This document shows, one piece after another, positions 8,934 to 16,627 of a stretch of DNA of 28,542 nt (the first letter of the stretch is position 1; each line of letters begins with the position of its first letter). The translations under genes and the position numbers were made by a program. Source of the stretch: Pseudomonadota bacterium (GTDB lineage: Bacteria > Bdellovibrionota_G > JALEGL01 > DATDPG01); NCBI GenBank assembly GCA_043804515.1, contig JAZDIZ010000044.1, forward strand, positions 1-28,542, read 5' to 3'. The notes below the pieces were generated by a model. It searched no databases and was not told the origin of the DNA. It saw only the letters and a list, made by a program, of their open reading frames with translations.

Positions 8934-10394
8934 TTACCGCGTGAAGCGGCGGTACAACCCTCCCCCTTTGTAAATCCAGACGTCCAGCGGCATCTGACCC
9001 GGCAGCGAATGGGTCGCGCAGCTGTAACAGGGATCGAAGGCACGGAACGCCATTTCGATCATGTTGAGGATCCCCTGGTCCGGTTCTTTGCCCGGCCGGA
9101 TCAAAGCCTGCGCCGCCTTCTTCGTGACCATCTGAATGGCCGCGTTGTTGTTCGTGGTGCCCACGATCAGATTGGCGCTCGTGCAGATGCCGTTCTCGTC
9201 GCACGTATAGTGGTGCGTGAGCGTTCCGCGCATCGCCTCGACAATGCCTACTCCCTCCCCGGTGATTCGTTGGGGCACAACGCGATACTCATCACTCGTG
9301 ATTTCCGGGTCCGAACAGTAACGCTCCAACATCTCGGCGTTCTGGACCATCTCCACCAGGCGCGCCCAGTGGTTCCCCATCAGGGCTTTGCAGGGATGGC
9401 CGCCCAGCGTCTCGAACATCTCCTCAAAGGCTTCCTGGGCGCGCGGCGTGGCCATCCGATCGGCCACGTTGAGGCGCGACAGCGGCGAGGCGCAGTAAAG
9501 ACTGGTATCGATCCCTTCCACGAAGCCCTTCCAACCCCGCTTCTTGAGGTACGGGAACTTGAGGTACGTCCACGGCTCGACATGTTCGGCAACGTACTCG
9601 TAATATTCGGCGGGCTTGTACTTGCAGATCTCCTTGCCCTGGAAGTCCACAACCCGCACCTGGCCGTCGTAGAAGTTGGGCGCGTTGTTCTTATCAACAA
9701 GTCCCATGCTGTGCACATCCAGCGTGTACGGCCCGTGGAGTATGAGATCGACATAGGCCTTGTTCCCCAGAACCACGTCCCGGAACAGCTGAAGCGAGAA
9801 GGCGGTGAAGCCCGAAAGCTCCTTCACCATCGGTTTGATTTGCTCGAGTTCCTCCTGGGTAAGCCCCTTGGAGACGCCGCCCGGCATGCACCAGACGACG
9901 TGCGTAGCCCGGCCGCCCAGAATCTGCTGGATGTTCTGCGCCAGCGCCCGGGCGCGGATGACCTGCTTTCCGATCTCGAGACCCACCTTGGCCACAACGC
10001 CCAGAATATTGCGCGTGGCGGGATCCGAATCCGGTCCGCAGACGAAATCGGGTGCTGCGAGGGCGTAGAAGTGGGCGGTGTGGCTGTGGATGTAGTGGGC
10101 GTGGTAGTACATGTCACGCAGCTTGTGAGCCACGGGCGCGACCTCACCCCCAAAACACCCGTCCACGGCCTTGGAGCCCGCCATATGGTGGCTGGCGGGA
10201 CAAACGCCGCAGATCCGCGTTACGATTCGGGGCAGTTCCTCGATCGGCCTTCCCACAACGAACCGTTCAAAGCCCCGAAGCTCGGGGATCTGGAAGAACG
10301 TGTCCTTCACGGAGCCGTCGTCGTTGAGAAAAATCTCGACCTTGCCGTGCCCCTCGAGGCGTGTGATGGGGTCGATAGTGATCGTGCGGGTCAT
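8934..10394 (-). CDS. mvhA: Group 3c-type [NiFe]-hydrogenase large subunit (MvhA-like)
   Basis: IDPITRLEGHG; L1 ELRGFE..RICGVC; L2 RAFDPCYSCATH followed by a cleavable tail; all ligands are Cys (no in-frame TGA). Confidence 0.9.
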   Translation of the reverse strand: MTRTITIDPITRLEGHGKVEIFLNDDGSVKDTFFQIPELRGFERFVVGRPIEELPRIVTRICGVCPASHHMAGSKAVDGCFGGEVAPVAHKLRDMYYHAHYIHSHTAHFYALAAPDFVCGPDSDPATRNILGVVAKVGLEIGKQVIRARALAQNIQQILGGRATHVVWCMPGGVSKGLTQEELEQIKPMVKELSGFTAFSLQLFRDVVLGNKAYVDLILHGPYTLDVHSMGLVDKNNAPNFYDGQVRVVDFQGKEICKYKPAEYYEYVAEHVEPWTYLKFPYLKKRGWKGFVEGIDTSLYCASPLSRLNVADRMATPRAQEAFEEMFETLGGHPCKALMGNHWARLVEMVQNAEMLERYCSDPEITSDEYRVVPQRITGEGVGIVEAMRGTLTHHYTCDENGICTSANLIVGTTNNNAAIQMVTKKAAQALIRPGKEPDQGILNMIEMAFRAFDPCYSCATHSLPGQMPLDVWIYKGGGLYRRFTR

Positions 10395-11362
10395 GAGCCG
10401 TGCCTCCTTTGAAGCGTCGAGGCGGGCAGTCCGAACCGGTAGGCGAAGCCGATGAAGTCAGGAAGCCGTTCCAGGATCTTCTCGATTTCCTTCGGATCTT
10501 TGCTGTCGATGATCGAAGCCAGCGCGCTCGAAAATTTCGTCCCCTGGTCCGTAACCCCCGGCGCGGGTCCGTAGCAGCCCCGACAGCCCTGGTTGCTTTC
10601 CGGGCAGCGCACGCCGCAACCCGAACGGGTGACGGAGCCCATGCATAGAATGCCCTGCTCCATAAGGCAGCGCTTCGGATCCTGGATGATCTCGTGCGGG
10701 CGGAAGAACTCCTTGACCTTCTTCTCGCTCTTTGTCCGCTTGCAGTCGTCACACACCGCGCGGTCGGAGGCACCCACGACGGATTTTCTCGGCGGGAGCT
10801 CCCCCTTGACCACGGCCAGGAGGACGTTCTTGACCTGGGCCGGCGCCGGCGGGCAGCCCGGAAGGAAGTAGTCCACGTCCACGACATCCGCGAGCCTGTA
10901 GACCCGTTTGTAAAAGACCGGAATGTCCATGGTCATCCCGTCGATCCTGGTCTCGGGATGAGGCACCGTCCGGTTGCCGGGCTCGATCGACGGGTTGTGA
11001 AGGTAGGCCGTCGTGAAGATTTCGTCCTTCGTGCAGAGATTGGCCAGGCCGGGGATTCCGCCCAGGTGGGCGCAGGAACCGAAGGCCACCAGGACCTTGC
11101 TTTTTTGGCGCAGTAACTTCGCGATGTGTTCGTTCTCGCTGTTGCGGACGGCCCCGTTGAAGATGGCGAGGTCCAATTCCCCGTCCTTCATCGCTTCGAG
11201 GTCCTTGTACTTGCCGTCCACGGCGATGGGCCAGAACCGGATATCCGCAGCCGCCGCCACGTCCAGGATGAACTCGTTGGTGTCCAGCACGGCGACGTCG
11301 CAGCCGCCGCAACCCGCACCCCAGTACAAGGCAATCTGAAGTTTCTTCTTTTTCTCGGCCAC
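10391..11362 (-). CDS. mvhG: [NiFe]-hydrogenase small subunit (MvhG-like)
   Basis: GCGGC, AFGSCA, PGCPP, VCDDC, CLMEQGILCMGSVTRSGCGVRCP..CRGCYG. Confidence 0.9.
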   Translation of the reverse strand: MAEKKKKLQIALYWGAGCGGCDVAVLDTNEFILDVAAAADIRFWPIAVDGKYKDLEAMKDGELDLAIFNGAVRNSENEHIAKLLRQKSKVLVAFGSCAHLGGIPGLANLCTKDEIFTTAYLHNPSIEPGNRTVPHPETRIDGMTMDIPVFYKRVYRLADVVDVDYFLPGCPPAPAQVKNVLLAVVKGELPPRKSVVGASDRAVCDDCKRTKSEKKVKEFFRPHEIIQDPKRCLMEQGILCMGSVTRSGCGVRCPESNQGCRGCYGPAPGVTDQGTKFSSALASIIDSKDPKEIEKILERLPDFIGFAYRFGLPASTLQRRHGS

Positions 11363-11365
11363 GGC

Positions 11366-11800
11366 TCACCTCTCCAGCTGGTCGGTTTGAAGCGCCGTCC
11401 GGATCTTGCTCGGCCCGAGCGCCCGCACGCGTTGGGTCATGTCGGAGACGATATCCGCAAAGCGCTGCCCCTCGCTGGCGCTGACCCACTCGAGGCGGAC
11501 ACGATCGTTCTCGACGCCGTAGGCTTTGAGCATCTTCTTGAGCAGCGGGAAGCGGCGCATCGCTTTGTAATTCCCCTCCGAGTAGTGGCAATCCCCCGGA
11601 TGGCAGCCGCAGATCAGCACCCCGTCGGCCCCCTTCGCGAGGGCGTCCACCACGAACGTGGGATCGATGCGCGCCGAGCACATCACGCGGATGATCCGGA
11701 TATTGGCGGGATAGGAGATCCGGCTGGTGCCGGCCAGATCCGCCCCCGTATAGGAGCACCAGTTGCAGAGGAAACCCACGATCTTGGGCTCGAAGCTCAT
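11366..11800 (-). CDS. mvhD: [2Fe-2S] hydrogenase delta subunit MvhD
   Basis: True start ATG 11800 (MSFEPKIVGFLCNWCSYTGAD); RVMCSAR, GCHPGDCHY, WVSASEG; ATGA overlap with the upstream hdrA. Confidence 0.93.
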   Translation of the reverse strand: MSFEPKIVGFLCNWCSYTGADLAGTSRISYPANIRIIRVMCSARIDPTFVVDALAKGADGVLICGCHPGDCHYSEGNYKAMRRFPLLKKMLKAYGVENDRVRLEWVSASEGQRFADIVSDMTQRVRALGPSKIRTALQTDQLER

Positions 11801-13521
11801 GCCAGCACCCCCTCTATCTGCGCGTAGATCTGCCGGTCGGTGAAGTGGCGCCCTTTGATCGCGCCCGACGGGCAGGCGGCCACGCAGGCTCCGCACGCCT
11901 TGCAGGCCGCGGGGATGACGTGACTGCGTTTCTTGTCCGGATCGAACTCAATGGCGCTGTATGGGCAGAGTTCGTTGCACATCCGGCATCCGGAGCAACG
12001 GTCCTCATTCACTTCCGCAAAGACACCGTCGATCTCGATTTTCCCCTTCGCGATTCGGGCGAGAATCCGTCCCGCCGCCGCACGCGCTTGCGCCACCGTG
12101 TCCGGGATGTCTTTGGGGGCGACGCACGTGCCGGCGATGTATATGCCGTCCGTCGTTGTCGCCACCGGGTCGAGTTTGGGGTGGCTCTCGATAAACCAGC
12201 CGTCCTTGTCCTGGCTGATGTTGACGAGGCGAGCCACATCGGCGGAGTCCCGACGTGACTCCATGCCCACCATCAGGATCACCAGGTCGGCGGGAATCTC
12301 GATCCGCTCGCCCGAAAGCTGCTCGTTGACTTCGATGAGCATATCGCAGTCGTCTTGCGGGCCGGCACGCCGGATGACGGGGCGCTCATTCTTTTTGTAC
12401 ATGAGGAACAACGTCTTGACCTCGGCGCCCTTCTTGTAAAAGTCTTCGCACCCCTTTCCGAAGGCGTGCATGTCGATGTAGACGTCTGAGACGTAGCAAT
12501 CCGGGACGGCGCTCTTCAATTCCTGAGCGTACTTGAGGGCCGTCATGCAGCACACGCGCGAACAGTAGCCGTGGAACTCCGCGCTGCGCGACCCCACGCA
12601 GTGGATGATGGCGGCGTACTGGGGAAGCCGCCCATCCTTGGTCTCGATCCGTCCCGCCCGCAACATCTGCTCGAACTCGAACGACGTGATGACGTTGGGG
12701 AGTTTGCCGTAGCCGTAGTGCGTGATACGGGCGGCGTCGAACTCCTTGTAGCCCGTGGCTACGATCACGTTGCCAACCTTGACCATCTTCTCGTCGGGGT
12801 CATCGTGGCCGTTCTTGGTCTGGATCACGGCAACGTAATTTCCGACGTATCCCGCCAAACTCTTGAGTTCGGATTCGAACAGCACGGTGATGTGCGGGTT
12901 CCCGGTGACGCGCGTGATCCGTTCGGTGAGCAGATCGCGCGCCGAGTCGAGGTAGGGAGCCGTGAGGTCCACGCGGGCGAGGTTCCCCCCCAGCTTCTCC
13001 TTCCGCTCGATCAAATGGACATGGTGGCCGGCATCGGCCAACTCAAGAGCCGCCGTCAGACCCGCGATTCCGCCCCCCATGACGAGAGTGTCCGGGCACA
13101 TGTCGGCCGTAAGCGGATCGAGCGGTTCGTGGTGGCAAACCCTCTGGATCGCTCCTTGGGTGAGCGCCTTGGCCTTCTCCGTGGAGGCAAGCCGATCGGT
13201 GTGGACCCAGCTGCATTGTTCGCGGATGTTGGCCATTTCGCAGAGGTACGGATTCAGGCCGCCGTTCTTGCAAACGCCGCGGAACGTCTTCTCGTGCATG
13301 CGGGGGCTGCAAGCGGAGACAACGACACGGTTGAGACCGTGTTCACGGATGTCCTTCGCGATCATCTCCTGGCCCGGGTTCGAGCACATGTACTTGTAGG
13401 AGCGGGTGATCGCCACGCCCGGCAGCTTCGCGGTTGCTTCGCACACCGCATCAACGTCGATACGGCTGGCGATGTTCGTGCCGCAGTTGCAGACAAAAAC
13501 GCCGATCTTGAGTTCTTCCAT
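11797..13521 (-). CDS. hdrA: HdrA/QmoB-like flavoprotein with N-terminal cluster and C-terminal ferredoxin, without the inserted ferredoxin
   Basis: ATG 13521 after GAGGAG; VCNCG..YMCS..ACSP..REQCSWVH; GGGIAG; HCVGSR..CSRVCC; C-terminal CSGCRMCNELCP and CKACGACVAACP. Confidence 0.88.
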   Translation of the reverse strand: MEELKIGVFVCNCGTNIASRIDVDAVCEATAKLPGVAITRSYKYMCSNPGQEMIAKDIREHGLNRVVVSACSPRMHEKTFRGVCKNGGLNPYLCEMANIREQCSWVHTDRLASTEKAKALTQGAIQRVCHHEPLDPLTADMCPDTLVMGGGIAGLTAALELADAGHHVHLIERKEKLGGNLARVDLTAPYLDSARDLLTERITRVTGNPHITVLFESELKSLAGYVGNYVAVIQTKNGHDDPDEKMVKVGNVIVATGYKEFDAARITHYGYGKLPNVITSFEFEQMLRAGRIETKDGRLPQYAAIIHCVGSRSAEFHGYCSRVCCMTALKYAQELKSAVPDCYVSDVYIDMHAFGKGCEDFYKKGAEVKTLFLMYKKNERPVIRRAGPQDDCDMLIEVNEQLSGERIEIPADLVILMVGMESRRDSADVARLVNISQDKDGWFIESHPKLDPVATTTDGIYIAGTCVAPKDIPDTVAQARAAAGRILARIAKGKIEIDGVFAEVNEDRCSGCRMCNELCPYSAIEFDPDKKRSHVIPAACKACGACVAACPSGAIKGRHFTDRQIYAQIEGVLA

Positions 13522-13532
13522 ATTCTGGCTCC

Positions 13533-14687
13533 TCACGCAGCGACCTTCGCGGTCCCGGGTTCCACCTCAACCACCTGCCGACGCGCGAGCGCGTCGCGGT
13601 GCACTGCGACCAGGTACATGGCCAGCGGCCGATACGCCAAGTGGGACAGCTTGCTGAACGGAAGTTGGATGCCCAGGAGCGGCACGACGAACATCATGTG
13701 CACGAGGTAGGCGACATTGGCCATCGCGTCCATACCGAACAAGCGGTAGGAAATGTGTTGCAGGATGCCCGTTGCGGCGGTGCCTGCGATCAGGATCAGG
13801 AAGATCAAGTCCGTCGCGTGGGTGTGTTTGTAGTGGCTTTCCCGTTTACGGAGCCGCCCGATCATCGCGTAGGTCACCCCTCCGAGGAGCCCGATCGTCG
13901 CCACGTATCCGAAAGCGTGCGCCGTCCAGATTGTTTCCGCCTCGTGCATGCGATGAAGAAAGAACACGATCAGGATCTCCATCGTCACCCATCCGAGAAA
14001 GATGGCCAGGTGGAACACCCAGGGGGATTTCTTTTCGCACTTGCTGTAGCGCACCTGGCTCAGGAAGTGCATCGGGAGGAGGAAGAGGTTCCTGACGTAT
14101 GACCACAGCGGCGGGTGCAGGGCCGGGTTGCGGCCCGTTGTGAACCACCACATCCGCACCGAGTTGATCGCAAGGAGCGAGGCCAGGAACCCTGCCAACG
14201 CCAGGTCGATGTAATGAACTTTGTCGGGCGGGAAGAGCGCGCCTGCGCCGGCGTACACGTTGAAATTGCCTCCCCCGAGCTTGAGACCCATCATGAGGAA
14301 ACCGACGGCCGTGGCAAGGGAGACGAGGATCAAGGCGGCCAGCTCGGCCTTCCAGGACCGGTAGAAGAGACGTGAGATGCCGGTGAAATCGTAGCGCGAG
14401 GTCAGCCAACGGCGCAGGCTCATCATCGTTTCGCCCGGTTCAGCCCCGCGCGGGCATTGTGTGGAACACTCGCCGCAGTAGTAGCAGAGCCACGGCTCCA
14501 GCGTGTCCCTCAGCTTGTCCTCCAGCCCCATCTGCAGATGCCGCATACTTCGGCGTGGAATGACATAGGGATCCTTCGAAAAGGGGCAGGCCGCGCTGCA
14601 ATTGCCGCAGTGGTAGCAATTCGATACGTCCGCGGCTCCGTATTTTTCCAGTTCCTTGATCAGCTTGGGATTGACTCGAATAGCCAT
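13533..14687 (-). CDS. QmoC-like protein: HdrC-type 2x[4Fe-4S] domain fused to a NarI-like membrane (cytochrome b) domain
   Basis: CYHCGNCSAACP; WLCYYCGECSTQCPRG; about six hydrophobic helices carrying His (VFHL, TAHA, LVHM, FSKLSHLAYRP). Confidence 0.8.
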   Translation of the reverse strand: MAIRVNPKLIKELEKYGAADVSNCYHCGNCSAACPFSKDPYVIPRRSMRHLQMGLEDKLRDTLEPWLCYYCGECSTQCPRGAEPGETMMSLRRWLTSRYDFTGISRLFYRSWKAELAALILVSLATAVGFLMMGLKLGGGNFNVYAGAGALFPPDKVHYIDLALAGFLASLLAINSVRMWWFTTGRNPALHPPLWSYVRNLFLLPMHFLSQVRYSKCEKKSPWVFHLAIFLGWVTMEILIVFFLHRMHEAETIWTAHAFGYVATIGLLGGVTYAMIGRLRKRESHYKHTHATDLIFLILIAGTAATGILQHISYRLFGMDAMANVAYLVHMMFVVPLLGIQLPFSKLSHLAYRPLAMYLVAVHRDALARRQVVEVEPGTAKVAA

Positions 14688-14694
14688 ATTTGCC

Positions 14695-16512
14695 TCACGG
14701 GATCTGCGTTGGGCCCGCTCGGAGCTGCCAGACCCGCGATTCGATCTCGCTCAGGGTCAGAGTGTCAAGATCCCCCGCCACGTAGCCGCACGAGATCGCA
14801 CGAAGCGCTCCGGCAGCCACTGCGGAGGCCTGCGCTACCGTGTCGGGAATGTCCTTCGGCCCCTGACACATCCCCGCAACGTACACGCCGCCGCGCTCGG
14901 TGTAGGTCGGATCGCCGTTGTAATTGAGCTCGGAAAACCAGCCATCGGAATCACGGGGCAGTCCAAGCATCGATGCCAGTTGTCGTGTGCCCTCGGAGGG
15001 AACCACACCCACGGCCAGAATCACCATATCGACGGGGAATTCGACAACCTTGTCGGCCAGGATGTCCTCGCCCTTGATGACCATCCTTCCATCGACGTCG
15101 GTGACCTGAGCCGTACGTCCCCTCACGACACTCGTCCCCTCTGATTTGATCCGCTCCATGAACTCCTCGTAGCCTTTCCCGAAAGCCCGCATATCGATGT
15201 AAAACTCGTAGCAGGCGGTGTCGGGGAGTTTCTCGTGCACCAGATGCGCGAACTTGAGCGAGTACATGCAACAGACTCGCGAGCAGTAAGGGTTGTAATT
15301 CGCGTCGCGCGAGCCGACGCAATGGATGATCGCGACGCTCTTTGGAGCCGGGCCGCCGGCGTCCGCGACCCATTCCTCGACCTTCGTCCGCTTGTTGAGC
15401 CTCTTGCTCTTCAAGACGATCTTACCCCCCGTCGGGCCGGAGGCGTTCGTCATCCGCTCGAACTCGAGGGACGTGAGCACGTTCGGATGCTTTCCGTACC
15501 CGTAGCGCTCGACAAGCTTGGCGTCTAACAGTTCGTACCCTGTCGCCAAAACGACGGCTCCGACTTCGAACTCGACGGTCTGCTCGGCTTCGTCGAGGTG
15601 GATGCATTCCTTGGGACACTTCTTCAGACAGACTCCGCACTTCTTGCCGCCGCTTTGCACCCAGGTGCAGGCGTCGGGATCCACGATGTAGACGTTGGGG
15701 ACGGCCTGGGGGAACGGGATATAGATCGCCTTGCGGTGCGTGAGGTTGGAATCGAACTCGCTCCAAACCGAAATGGGGCAGACGTCGGAGCAGGCGTTGC
15801 AGGCGACGCAGGATTTCAGATCCACGCGCCGCGGGTGTCTTGTGACTTCGACACGGTAAGAGCCGGGATGGCCGGCGATCCACGCCACCTCCGCGTTCGT
15901 CATCAACTCGATCATCGGGTGCTCCCCCACAGCGACCATCTTCGGCGTCAGGATGCACGCAGCGCAGTCGAGCGTGGGAAACGTTTTGTCGAACATGGCC
16001 ATGTGGCCGCCGATGGTTCCGGTTCTCTCGACCAGGTAGACTTTCTTGCCGGCGTCGGCGATTTCAAGCGCGGCCTGGATTCCGGCAATGCCGGCTCCGA
16101 CGACCAACGTTGCTTGATGAACCGCCGTAGGTTTGGGTACGGCGGCTAGAGCGAACGGCACCCCGTGCACGGCACAGACAAGAACCGCCTTGGCGCGTTC
16201 CGTGACACCGCTTGAAGTGGCGCCGTGCTCGCGGAATGAGGCGAGACGTACCTCGGCCGGATCGGCGCCTGCCAGCGCCATCGCTCGGGTGAATACCGGC
16301 TTGAAATAGCCGGGTGAATCCCCGGCCAGAACGATCCGTTCCAGTTCTTCCTTCCGGATCTCGTCGGCAAGGGCCCGAGGCTCCAGTCGCGGGTGGAATC
16401 CGAGAACGCGGACTTTCTCAACTCCTTGCAGATTCGCGGCGTATTTCGCTACCGACTGGAGATCAACACCGTCTTCCTTGAAAACCTGGCCCAAAAAGAC
16501 GCCTATCCTCAC
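14695..16512 (-). CDS. hdrA: HdrA-like flavoprotein with inserted ferredoxin, degenerate N-terminal domain and no C-terminal ferredoxin
   Basis: Probable GTG start at 16512 after AGGGGG (ORF open to 16575); GAGIAG; DKTFPTLDCAACILTPKM; CVACNACSDVCP..CGVCLKKCP; SLEFERM; HCVGSR..CSRVCCMYSLK; GPKDIPDTVAQA. Confidence 0.88.
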   Translation of the reverse strand: MRIGVFLGQVFKEDGVDLQSVAKYAANLQGVEKVRVLGFHPRLEPRALADEIRKEELERIVLAGDSPGYFKPVFTRAMALAGADPAEVRLASFREHGATSSGVTERAKAVLVCAVHGVPFALAAVPKPTAVHQATLVVGAGIAGIQAALEIADAGKKVYLVERTGTIGGHMAMFDKTFPTLDCAACILTPKMVAVGEHPMIELMTNAEVAWIAGHPGSYRVEVTRHPRRVDLKSCVACNACSDVCPISVWSEFDSNLTHRKAIYIPFPQAVPNVYIVDPDACTWVQSGGKKCGVCLKKCPKECIHLDEAEQTVEFEVGAVVLATGYELLDAKLVERYGYGKHPNVLTSLEFERMTNASGPTGGKIVLKSKRLNKRTKVEEWVADAGGPAPKSVAIIHCVGSRDANYNPYCSRVCCMYSLKFAHLVHEKLPDTACYEFYIDMRAFGKGYEEFMERIKSEGTSVVRGRTAQVTDVDGRMVIKGEDILADKVVEFPVDMVILAVGVVPSEGTRQLASMLGLPRDSDGWFSELNYNGDPTYTERGGVYVAGMCQGPKDIPDTVAQASAVAAGALRAISCGYVAGDLDTLTLSEIESRVWQLRAGPTQIP

Positions 16513-16551
16513 GTGGTACCCCCTGTTTATCGGAACCAAACCGGGTTCATG

Positions 16552-16614
16552 CGATTTCGCATATATAAGGTCCATACCTTAGACCGAATAGGGCGTCTAG
16601 TGTATGTGAAATCG
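16552..16614. promoter_or_regulatory. Nested inverted repeats in the divergent hdrA / sensor kinase intergenic region
   Basis: CGATTTCGCATATA (16552-65) and TGTATGTGAAATCG (16601-14) enclose TAAGGT-CCAT-ACCTTA (16566-81) and TAGAC..GTCTA (16580-99). Confidence 0.6.
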
Positions 16615-16627
16615 AGGTGTTTTGCGT

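Noticed and set aside
8920..9204. N-terminal extension of the maturation protease in the ORF track (similarly 11801-11896, 2818-2958, 7736-7780, 16513-16575)
   Set aside because: These extensions overlap neighbouring genes or the promoter region. The downstream starts match the family N-termini and most have an SD or stop-start coupling.
8910..10412. 500-aa plus-strand ORF
   Set aside because: Antisense shadow of mvhA caused by GC-rich codon bias; no motifs. The same applies to 5198-6529, 12571-13710, 23124-24122 and 25070-26062.
8934..16512. Selenocysteine recoding in MvhA, MvhD or HdrA
   Set aside because: All ligand positions are Cys codons and the frames are open, with no in-frame TGA.
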